64,000 nt of DNA from Trichoplax adhaerens (lineage: Eukaryota; Animalia; Placozoa), in assembly GCF_000150275.1 (NCBI RefSeq), contig NW_002060964.1, positions 735,643-799,642 of the forward strand. Reading direction: 5' to 3'. Position numbers and translations under genes: made by a program. Each line of letters begins with the position of its first letter. Positions within the stretch are counted from its first letter, which is position 1. A model generated the notes under the pieces. That model was not told where the DNA came from. It saw only the letters and a program-made list of their open reading frames with translations, and searched no databases. Of the stretch, positions 14,601 to 25,946 are shown piece after piece.

Positions 14601-16619
14601 TGGATGTTAGATAAGGACGATATCAATGCTAATTACGTTACTAGCCTGCACTGTTTTTTTTTTGCTTGCTTGCAAGTAAGCGCACGAATAGTTGGGTTAT
14701 CCTTGATGACTATTTTTACTCTGAGTTAATTTGCGAAATATTACCATGGTCTATTGAGATAGTCGATGAAAACTGCTATTCATTTGTTCAATATAAAGCA
14801 TACGATACAATTGATCTTCAACGATCACCAATAAAGAGATAATAGTGTCAAGCAACAATCATTACAAGACGAGTTCCGTTACATTTAAGGTAATCTAGGT
14901 ATCAATCTTTGTTGATCCATAACAAAAGTAGCTTGAGCCCATTTCATGTCTAAATTGGTCCAGACATCTGCGTTACTGTCTTATTGTTATCATGCCCATT
15001 CAAAAAAAAAAAAAATTGGATGATAATTTCTGGAAACTGGTGTCAAATGATGTAACTTTTTTATTTCAATACATTCCATTGAATTGAGACGAGATTGTGA
15101 TCACTCAACTATTCTAATTATGTTGACGTTATCCAATTTCATCCACTTTTAAAAAAATGGATGGCAAAATTTACATCAGTCATTTTGTATTATACCTGCT
15201 AGTTACTTCTTTTACTTTATACAATTAGTGTAAATTATCCAATCGTTTCACTTGACTATAGTCATGTAGAAGATGTGGTAGTAATAATAATAAAAGTAAA
15301 AAATTGAACGCCATCAATTGACTTCATTTTACAGTAGTGTAGCCGCAATTGATGTAGTACTCGATCATCAAGACAACAAGTTGATCTAGAGATTATCTAT
15401 CGCTGAAAGTGTAAACACAAGAAAAGTTAACCTAATTATTAATGATACAATGAGAATAATAATATCCAAAAGGATTCAAATACATCGGTTATTAATTAGC
15501 TGTTGTTTAGATACAATTTATCGATCGTCTAAATTGATCCGTTAGCCTCATCATAATAATTAATTTGTGATGCTCAAAGCAAAATCACGTCCGTGTTACC
15601 GCATACCCTAACATAGCACCAATCCATCATCATGCTACTTAAATCACTCTTCTAATTTGAACCATGACTAAATTACACAAAGTTGTTTATATTCTATTCA
15701 TCCATTTTTAATGCATACACAGTATTTCAAGGTCATGCAATCTTGGACTAAGATTATCTTTCACTCTAGAAATTCTATAATGGAACGAAAGAATATCAAT
15801 AGTCTTGTCCATTCCTCTTCAATTATGTACTTTCAATCCCTGACTTGATATGCAGCGTGTTTCCATTACGCGCTATTCGTCAAATCAAAGTGTAACTATC
15901 GGTTGATTTTTTTCCCATTGCCCATAAGGTAATGCATATTATCACAACTATCGCATATAGTTTACTCATTTGAAAAAAATCAACCATCAAGAGTACATGA
16001 TCGATTGCAGGATAAAGTACAGAACCATTCAAAAAAAACGTTAGAATTTTATGTTCAACGGCTTCGCATGCGAGATACATTAAATTACTGGAAATCATGG
16101 GAATGGGGGGAGGGGGGGCGTTTTAGGAATACAGTATGTCTTTATCCATCCCATTAAATTCCAACGATGTTCGTTATCGCCGTAGAATAATATGCATACC
16201 TAAGTTTGGTGTTGATATTATTTTACTTTACAGTATTTTCTTAAATTACTAGTGATATAAAGAGTAGCATTGGCTGTGCTAATGATCTACTAATTATGAG
16301 TTCTGTCATATCCCAAGACTTGCCAACCATGACGAGAATAACAACAATACAATTGGCAACAATTTGTCAAAAACGGTTATGTGTCATTTTTAAAAATAAT
16401 ATTTGTCATCCAAGGCAAAGAATCAAGAATGATAAAAGGGAGAGATTCCTGCATGATCTATTCTAGATATCATTGCCCTGTCAAGTTCTATATCTCAGTT
16501 TACGGGCAAAGGAAAATGGAGAATCGCTCCATTGATACTGCGTTACCTTGTATCTCTGCTAAAAGTTATCTTTTTTGACATGATGCATAAAAAAATAATC
16601 TATGAATATTGCAACTTAC
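11695..16619 (-). other. Six3/6 intron (4,925 bp)
   Basis: GTAAGT...ATAATAG boundaries join two in-frame exons; there is no credible ORF inside. Confidence 0.75.
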
Positions 16620-17455
16620 TTGTGTTTAGCAGCAGCTGCTCGATCTCGTTGGCGACGATTTTTAAACCAATTGCCCACTTGAGTCGGTGTTAAACCTGTA
16701 GCATTTGCTAACTCCCGTTTTTTACCTGGATTAGGATAAGGATCACGTAGATACCATTCACGAAGTAAATTGCGGGTTTTTTCTTTAAAACAGTGAGTTT
16801 TTTGTTCGCCATCCCAAATGGTTACCGGCAAAGGATACTTTTTACGAATACGATATTTGTCGACAGGGCCAAGTGATCGACCACGCAATTTCTCAGCTTC
16901 ACGGTAATGAGCTTCTAACCACATATGTTGCAATTTGCCGTGAAAATCCTTGGGAAAACGATGATTTTCAATAATACCATATAATTCACGATAATGGCCT
17001 TGATGATAGGCAACAACAGCACGAGCTCGTAGAATTGCGTCGTGATTTAATAAATTGGTATAGCCATCTAATGTTGATGGCAAAGACCATAAGAAACGGC
17101 TTAATCGTTCGATATCGCCGCTACTTTCTAATGCTTCACAAACGCTAGCAACTTGATGAACAGAGAAATGCAATCCAGGCATAGAAGGTGATGATGATCC
17201 TGGAGGTAAGATTGGCGCTTCTTGATTGCCACCATTGGCATTCGTTGGTTGGGCCATACCAGAGGCTAAAGCAGCTAGTGCAACGTTATGCGGTGGTAAC
17301 GGCGCTACTGCGGGTACCATCGTTGGAGCTCGAAAAAGATTAGCGGCAGCTAAGGCTTGATGATGGGGACTAGCAGGCATACCTGCAATAATAGGTATAG
17401 CACCATTGATGGTTGGTGCGGGTTTAACATAGGGGGCATGGCGTAATTGATACAT
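16620..17455 (-). CDS. Six3/6: Six3/6 (optix-class SINE homeobox) transcription factor, main coding exon: Pro/Ala-rich N-terminus, SIX domain, homeodomain
   Basis: Translation has the SIX domain ([14 protein letters not shown]...[11 protein letters not shown]...[20 protein letters not shown]) and a homeodomain with the Six3/6-diagnostic [14 protein letters not shown] and [19 protein letters not shown]. The ATG at 17455 is in ACC-ATG context; the ORF-track start at 17482 is a TTG. The exon ends at a perfect donor AA|GTAAGT (16620/16619), phase 2, the same position as the conserved post-homeodomain intron of vertebrate Six3/Six6. Confidence 0.96.
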
Positions 17456-18122
17456 GGTAGAAAATGTTTTTCCGCTTTGCAAGGAGAATCGATCGTTACT
17501 AGAATAGAACGACAGAAATAGAAAAGTATAAGCGATCAGAAATCATCCTCATCTATTACAAACAAAACCAAGTAAACGAGTTAGTTGCAATCTTTTTTTT
17601 TTTTTTATATCAAGGACAAAATGCATTGCAGGATGAAATGAAGCAATATTAACAATTTCAATGACACAAATAGCAACAATTTTTAAAATCAATTACAAGT
17701 TAGTCCTTTATGACATGCGTGAGACGGTGTATTTATTAGCATGGGTAACTAGTTGATCCAATCTACTACCGTACAAGGACTATTTTAAAATGGATTTAAT
17801 GCAATAAAATAATAGTCATTCGGAAAGAGGTCGAAGCAATCCTATCGACCATTGTGTGACTTTTCATCATTATCGTACCTACCATCAAGTGAGAATAACT
17901 GTTGTAATTTTACTGACTGAATTATAGAGCATAACTAGCTTAAGAAAATAACTTTCATTTTGACGTTTGACAAGTTGCATAGAAATTGGAAATGGTTCTA
18001 TTAACTCCTTTCGAAATTCACTATTAAACACTTGCAAAGAATGGATATACATTACCGTCGATGCGGATAAGCGTACAGCAAGGAAGAAAAATGGAAATAG
18101 GATAAAATCCAATCGATCTTAC

Positions 18123-18260
18123 CTATTTATCTTCTTTTGGCTGATGATTGAAATATGCAAACGTCAGTAATGGGTAGCGCAGCTGATATTGAAAAGAGTT
18201 GCCATCGATATCCAGCATCAATAAAAGAATACAAAATAAGTCGAGCGCGTTAATGAAAGA
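18123..18260 (-). other. Probable 5'-UTR exon of Six3/6 (5' boundary approximate), followed by intron 17499-18122
   Basis: Strong donor AG|GTAAGA at 18123/18122. Strong polypyrimidine acceptor TTTTCTATTTCTGTCGTTCTATTCTAG| at 17499/17498, 43 nt upstream of the ATG. Confidence 0.5.
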
Positions 18261-18317
18261 GTTCAATTTAGATTGAGCTATCAATTTGCAAATAAACACC
18301 AAAATCATAACAATGTA

Positions 18318-18345
18318 CGCTGATTGGGCTAGAGTTTACGTCAAT
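18318..18345 (-). promoter_or_regulatory. Candidate Six3/6 proximal promoter: CRE-like TGACGTAA plus CCAAT box (AGCCCAATCAG)
   Basis: Minus strand reads ...TGACGTAAACTCTAGCCCAATCAGCG..., just upstream of the predicted 5'-UTR exon. Motif match and position only. Confidence 0.35.
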
Positions 18346-21300
18346 GTATCTCTCTATCTCGAAAGTTAATCCGCAATGTTGAAACATGACTCAATGATAA
18401 ACAATTCCAATATCTATTGTAGAGTGCAAGGATAAAATGCAAAGGGAATTTTCTGCCTCCAATTCTTGACTGCCCCTGTAGAATGTCACTTTCATTAAAA
18501 TTAATTAATTCATTTTACAGGAAATTACGCTCCTATAAGATCATTTTGCTGTATGCCTTGCCAACTTGGATCCGATCAAGGCTAGACTAAAGAATGGTCG
18601 GAATTTATTTCCATCACGATGTTTTTGTGGCCCTTATCGTTCGGACCCATCATTGGTAAGCATACAGTACAGTATTAATGGACCGAAAGTGGACAGGGGA
18701 AAAATGGACAAGATCCATGGCAGCCATGGCTAAATTAGGTCCAAACTTTCACTAAATGATTTTTAGAGTCGATGAAAATCACTGGGACTATATAGGGCTG
18801 TTATCCACTATATTAATTCAATGGAAATTGCGTCACCAGGTAAAAAGCGATTCGATTGATCGTCTTCGATACAGTTTACTTGTTGTCTATTTCTGGTGCT
18901 AAGATATTCTTGATCTAATTGAATAAGAATCGGCTATTCAATAGTCTCTTGTTGAGAATTTAACACACAGGTGTTGGTGGTACAGTACACATTCTTCCTT
19001 AGGAGGTTGAAAAATGAAAATGGTCGACAGCCAACTTGTTGGCGTTGAAATCCAAGTGGATACTCGTTCTTTCTGCTAGTGTCGGTGAAGAAGGGACGCA
19101 ATCATCATCACGATGCCATGATTGAATGATCCAATTGGAGAAGAAACATGATTCATTATTTTATTTTTTTCTTGATGATGATTGAATGCATGCATCAAAT
19201 TATTTTACCTCTCTCATTTTCAATCTTTTTGTTATAGGATAAGAAATATGAACTTGAATGAGCTATTGAAGACAAATCAACAACAATCATGATCGGTATC
19301 ATGATGTGGAGGATGTTGATTTCCTCTATCAATTCTGATGAAAAAAAAACAAGTCAACAGGACAGTCACTTTCTTCCTACCCTGGATACTTTATGATCGA
19401 GCGTATTCAAATTGGCTACAAAGTAATTATCATCAGGACGGTGGAACGGTTGTACTTTATCGTTGGAGTATTATTCTTTTTTTGTTGTTTCTTTTCAAGA
19501 AGTTGGAGATTGTGATAGAGCATCTTTATTATTATTGATCAATCTATGGCCGTGTGGGATCTTTGTCATTTCTATTTCTTGGAAACAATTTACTGTAATC
19601 GATTACTAACTTGCATTTTCTTTCTATTCCTTCTACAGCATTGATTGTCGACAAATTGATTGATAGCAGACAGTAGACAACAAGAGTCAATCAATCCTAA
19701 ATTTGCCATCAGACAGTGAGTTAACATCAAGCCACTGTCAATTTTTTTTTCCTACCGGCTTTCTATCAAATGATGTATTGGCTGTTTTAATAGTAACAAT
19801 TGTCCATCCAAGCTGACTATTCCTCAGTATATTCAAGTTATTATCATTATCCTTTTAATCTGGTTACGTGTTGATTATCATCTTACTGAACAAACTGCCA
19901 TAGAGTAAACATTGCATACTAATAACAATTGCAACCAACTTATTTCAACTGTATTGCGGTGAAATGAGTAGATATTCTCCATTTTTTTTTCCCCCCCCCT
20001 TATTTTTGGGTTTCCTTCTACCATCTTTGCTTTCAGTACTGACAACTTTATCATGATTGTATTTACGAACGACTTGTTTCTTAGCTCATTACGGTCTATT
20101 AATGCTGATCAATGGACTGCTTTTTCTTGCAATTTCTTGTTGACCAAAGTGTCTACTCCATTTTAGGTGCAATATGTACGGCATCGGAGAATGCAGATAT
20201 GGAAAAATCAAGCAATAAAAATGTCGATTGTATACGGGTAGAAGATCATTTGTTTCATCTGATCAAACGAGTTAACCTATTCAAGGTGTTGTGTGTGTTA
20301 ACTACGCAAAATAGACTTTGCAATGCAAACTGTTGAAAAATCAATATTGAATTTAAAGAAAAATTAGGCAGAGGAAATGAATGTTTTCTAAATTGAATTG
20401 AATTGAATAACAAAATAATGAAGGATCATCAAGAGATTAGATAGTTTGCTTGATTTTTACTCTCTCTTTCTTCTATACAATAATGATGGTATTATCCATT
20501 TTCTAAATATTTGAAGAACTTGGCTTAATCGGATTGAGCCATTTTTTCATAGTTTGCATCATTGATGATGACTGACATGAACCTGATTGCATGGCAAGGA
20601 TGATAAAGTGAAGCAAGAAGGAGTATTGGATAGCGTAGTATGGTTAGCATGGTTGAAGAGGTAAGATCAATGAATCAATTCAAGTCAAGATCGATATGTA
20701 AATGTGGCCAGAAACGGGTATACAAGCCCAATTTGTAAGGATAGGAAATCACGTCGCGTAGGTCAATCAAATTGGATTTGGACATTTCTACGGTGGAGGT
20801 ATGAACAGCTACTTTTCAAGCAAGTATCAGTTGGAATAAAATCAAATCATTCAAGAGAGAAAGTCAATGGATCTGTATTGTAAGCAAGAAAGGCATCGAT
20901 CAACAGTCTATCATGACGACGGTGACTGTAGCTTAGGTGAATTTTCGTTGGAAATTTAAAAATGAATTATTATCCAACCATTACTTTCAAGCTTAGCCGA
21001 TAAGCTAAGATGTGAAAAAAAAGGAGATCCATTTAGGATAAGAGGGGGGGGGGGGAGGAAAAAAAAAAAAAGTTGGCCGGTAACGAGAAGAATCCTATAG
21101 AAACAACAACATTTAAATCGGAGTAGAACGATGATCGTATCGAAAGTCGCAATTGAATATCAAAAATAGAGCATGAACAATCATTAGTACAGTAAACAAG
21201 TAAAAAAGAAAGACTTGTGACTTGAAGTAAATGAATCGATGAAACCACAACAAGCAATCAAGAGAGAGAAAAAAATGCAAAAAGCTTAAGTGGACCACTA

Positions 21301-24300
21301 TCTAAATACTAATGTGATAATGATGAAAAGTTGTATATATTCATTCTTAATGGAATGTTAATTGCTTGTTGTCTTTTAATGATAACAATCTGCAATTCAA
21401 GTTACCTTGAATGTCGATGTTGGTCTTGTTAGATCATCCACTGGGGTAAAAATCAAGCTATCAACAAGATGCGATCATTCCTTTCCAATGGTGAGTCAAT
21501 TTTCAAGCTTAGATTGGATGAGAGACGATGAGTTATGATCCAAGATGCAGGGGGTAAGACGAGTTAATGTGTAACACCTTTACTCGGTTAGTAAAACGTT
21601 TTCAGGAACAATTTACAATTGATAATTTGATTGAAAATTTCACAGTCAATAATGGAAGGTGGAGCTTAACTCCATGACTATCTCTCTGTCAACAAATGGC
21701 ACTGGATGTCAATCAAGACAGCAAGATCTGTCAATCACCATCAAACTGCAATATGGATGATGATAATCGCAGAAATTGAGGACTGAATAAGACAAGGATT
21801 AGAGTTCCAATCGACTCTACAATAGAGTTCAGACTAGTAATGGACTACTCGAGTGGTGCTGTTGTCCACCAATGGAAGGGATGCAATGACAACGGCAAGA
21901 GTCTTGCAGCAGGGTATCCAGTGAAGGACAGAATCCTACTTCAGTTTCAAAGTATCCAATATGGTCAAGTAGAGGGATGATTGTCACTGTCGGAAGCGAA
22001 CTTCCTTCATTGCCTTCATAGTACTCTACTTTGAAGGGGATTTTTCAAATCCAGCCTTTCTCTTCCTTTTTATATCTTCCCCCCACTTGAGTCTCGCAAT
22101 CCCTTTTTGCAATCTTACGCCTCGATTGGTGCGCGGTAGTACTGTACATGACCGACAGTGTAGGGAAGGAGCGATTTAGATACAGCAATCATTCATCTAG
22201 CCTACTGTACAAGCAATCATTCTTTCCTTTTCATATACAATCATGTTATCCCCACAATCAGAAGTAGACTCAACTCGTGCAAGCAACTTGGTAAAATCGA
22301 CTTTTACCACAGATCTGTCTACGAAAGGTCAGTGATGATCGATAGCAATTTTTTTTTTCCCCTCTATACCATAAACTGACAAGACAATGACGATACTGCG
22401 TCTTGCATTTTATATATGACATATATACAGCACATTCTACTATGCCCTACTATCCACTTCATTTTGTACTTTATTGCACAGACCTCCTACGCCGTGCAGT
22501 CGACCGCCATTCAACTCCTTCCTAAACGATCCGTTTTCAACGGAAACAACTTGTCAACTAGCGCACCTACATCAATGGATTTTCATCATCGTTTGCTGTC
22601 CTTATTAATTTGTCTAATTCTGATTACAGTACGAGGTATGCACCAGAATGGCCAAATAGTTTACATGGTGTTGAAGTCGAATTTCTACCAATATTCAGAA
22701 ATCTACGGTAGACATTTCAAGCGAATAAAATATGGAGAGGCTTACTGCGCATCCCAAAAAAGCTCATCGATTGCTAGCGTAGCCTAGTCGTTGCTGCTCA
22801 CTCGCTGCATTATGACTAAAAATAGTCCATGCTACACTGTCAATTCGCGTTTATCATTTCGCTTGACAACTGCAAATGCTAAGATAGATCTTGCTAGAAG
22901 TAGAGGACTGCGTCAATTGGACATGGAAATGCTTACTTGCGCCAATCTCGATGCAGTCAGCGTCCATCAATGGATCGATGCATCGTCAAGGGCTACCTAC
23001 ACTGCACAGGATGGGATGCCATGATGGAAATAGGTTGCGCCTCCACTAGCAGTGACAGCATCATTATTTCAACAAATAAAGTAATTTACTCTATAAATTC
23101 AGGCAAATAATATTAATAATATACAGCATTGCAGCAGCGTCAATCAGAATTACTGATATGTTGTTGTGCGGTAACATGAGTCATACTCATGCTGTGTCCA
23201 ATCCAGTAAACTAGCTCACGCAACAACCCCATCAACAAGCGGACCGTGAACATGGGAAGAAGTAATGGGAGAAAAAAATACAATCCAACCCTGTTCATTT
23301 TCCTATTAATAACTTGACATTGATTACGATCGATTCAAGAGTACAACCAGCTAATGTTAAGGTTAAGCACGTTGTATACTAGTACAGTATACGCTGATTC
23401 AAGAGTTGAATAGTGACGGGGTAGATTGAAATTGCCACAATTTTTATTTTCTTTCGTTCTAAACTGAACGAAAGAGTTCCAGCGTAGGACAACTATGCCA
23501 CTGCTGCTGTAAACGACCAGCAAAATGGACTACGTACTTGTTTCGCGTTCGGAAACATATAATATTGCTGGTTCAACGTTGCATTGCATACTAAAGTGGA
23601 AAGAGTAGTTTGTGTGATGTTTCAACTTGCTGCCACATATGGCAAAAATATGCGTCAAATAAAATAAACTCAATACAGTTTCTGGTAATTTTTTGCAGGA
23701 ATCCATTCCTGGTTTATTTATGTAGATGAAAGAGTAATGAATGCATTTATTTATTTATTTATTAAAATCGTTGTAATGGCAATACGTTTATTCATTTATA
23801 TTCCTTTCAAATTTTCCTTTAACTCGATGTCCACTGGATACTAAACCACAGCATCTACGTGGACATAGCATACATGCGTCATTAAAAGCTCAGTAAGTAG
23901 TGAATTTCGATTCAGCCTGGCCATAGTCATGCCATACCATCTACGAAACAGACACATTTATTGAGAAACCTTCGACTAAATTAAATGGCTAAAAGATTCT
24001 TAGACAGTATACGTACAGTATTGCATCGTCACTTTGGAACATGAATTAATTACCCCCCCAAAAATGAGGTTATCTTTCTTATTGACAGTAAAATAGGGTA
24101 CATATACTTGCTGAAGAAAAGCACAGTACATATATTACTACTAGATCATGTGAGCTAGTACTATTTTAGAGGTTTTTGCAGTAAGGTATGGAAGAGAAAA
24201 AATCGAAAAGTTTCGGTATGAGAAATTATTGGTTGAGCAGTCTTTAAGATCCTGATACGCCATGGTACCAACACTAAACTATGCAATACTACAATAATTA

Positions 24301-24666
24301 CTTTAATTAGGTTATCGTAGTATCGTTCCGAAAATTAAATCAGTCTAAAATACACTCTTACTTGCATATTAATTATTGTCATCATAAAACATGAAATTAT
24401 TACTCGGTTGTTTCGAGGATCATTTCAAATCAGTAAGATGAAGTACTCATGCAATCCAATGGCGCTTGATCAAACAATACTGTACAGTAAGCTGTGAGGC
24501 AGGCGTTCATTGCAAGAATTAATAAACACTACTATCAGGTAAAAAAATAAATTAAGGCCAATCTCAATTCATTGATAGTATAGTAATTATACCGTAATTA
24601 ATGAATTAATCATTCGTTTCGGCCGCAAATTGAACCGTTGTTTCGTATCAACAACGCTATCAGCAC

Positions 24667-24876
24667 ATTACATAGGAATTTCGTATTCTAGGTACGGATT
24701 GCATAGCTAAAATAAGAATTACATAAGCATTTCGTATTCTAGGTACGGATTGCATAGCTAAAATAAGAATTACATAAGCATTTCGTATTCTAGGTACGGA
24801 TTGCATAGCTAAAATAAGAATTACATAGAAATTGCGTATTCCAGGTACGGATTGCATATCTAAAATAAAAATTACA
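24667..24876. repeat. 51-bp minisatellite, 4 copies
   Basis: ATTACATAAGCATTTCGTATTCTAGGTACGGATTGCATAGCTAAAATAAGA is repeated nearly identically. Confidence 0.95.
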
Positions 24877-25367
24877 GGTCTATATAGTACACCAAAACAA
24901 TGTAAAAGCGATATAAAGTATTTGGATCACATCTGATCTCAATGTTTTACACGCCACCTCGATCCATTGCGATAGATATATATCAAATGAACACAAATGG
25001 CTACATAAATTAGTGAATTTATCCTTACAACATCTTACGCTGTAATATTGTGTGCTTATGTATTTAAAATTAGGTTGGTTTAAACTACTACAGTTTGTCT
25101 AGCAAAATTAGGGAATTTTCAATTTCTATCCGAAGACAATCGGACAATATTGTAATATCCTGTACACAGTACAGTATGCTGTATCAAAGGAATGGAAAGG
25201 AAATACAGTACGTATACTGTGACACCATAACGACATGTTTTGATCTATCCATCATCGTCGTTCATTTGCTCTTGGACTAGACTAATAAATCATTCAATTC
25301 TATTCTTTCATAAAGAGCCAACTAACACGGTACATTCAATAACATGGCATTAACAACAGTAGCATTG

Positions 25368-25946
25368 CAAAGCTGGTCCTTTCTACTAGACCACCTTATT
25401 ACTTTGCCTTCTAACAGCACGCTATCTCGAGAGGGTTGTTCTACTCGTATAAGCTGGTCCTTTTACAAATCCACCTTATTACTTTGCCTACTTTACAGCA
25501 CGGTATCTCGAGGGGTTATTCTACTCATAAAAGCTGGTCCTTCCGCTAATCCACCTTATTACCTTGCCTTCTTACAGCACGGCATCTCGAGGGGGTTATT
25601 CTACTCGTAGATGCTGGTCCTTCTACTAATCCACCTTATTACTTTACCTACTTACAGCACGGTATCTCGATGGGGTAGTTCTACTCGTAAAAAGCTTGTC
25701 CTTCTACTAATCCACCTTATTACTTTGCCTTCTTACAGCACGGTATCTCGAAGGGATTGTTCTACTCGTAAAGGTGGTCCTTCTACACTGTACTAATTCG
25801 CCTTAATACTTTGACTTCTTACAGCACGGTATCTCGAGGGGGTTATTCTACACTTAAAAGCTGGGTCCTTCTACTAATCCATCTTATTATTTTGCCTTCT
25901 AGTCGTTCTTCCACCATGGTATCTCGAGGGGGTGGTTCTACTCGTC
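25368..25946. repeat. About 81-bp minisatellite, 7 copies
   Basis: AAAGCTGGTCCTTCTACTAATCCACCTTATTACTTTGCCTTCTTACAGCACGGTATCTCGAGGGGGTTATTCTACTCGT starts at about 25368, 25450, 25530, 25611, 25691, 25770 and 25857. Confidence 0.95.

Noticed and set aside
24667-25946. Regularly spaced repeats as a CRISPR array, or as repeat proteins (ORFs 24660-24857 and 25344-26014)
   Set aside because: Units are contiguous with no unique spacers, there are no cas genes and the context is eukaryotic. The 81-bp array has frame-breaking indels, so the ORFs are by-products.
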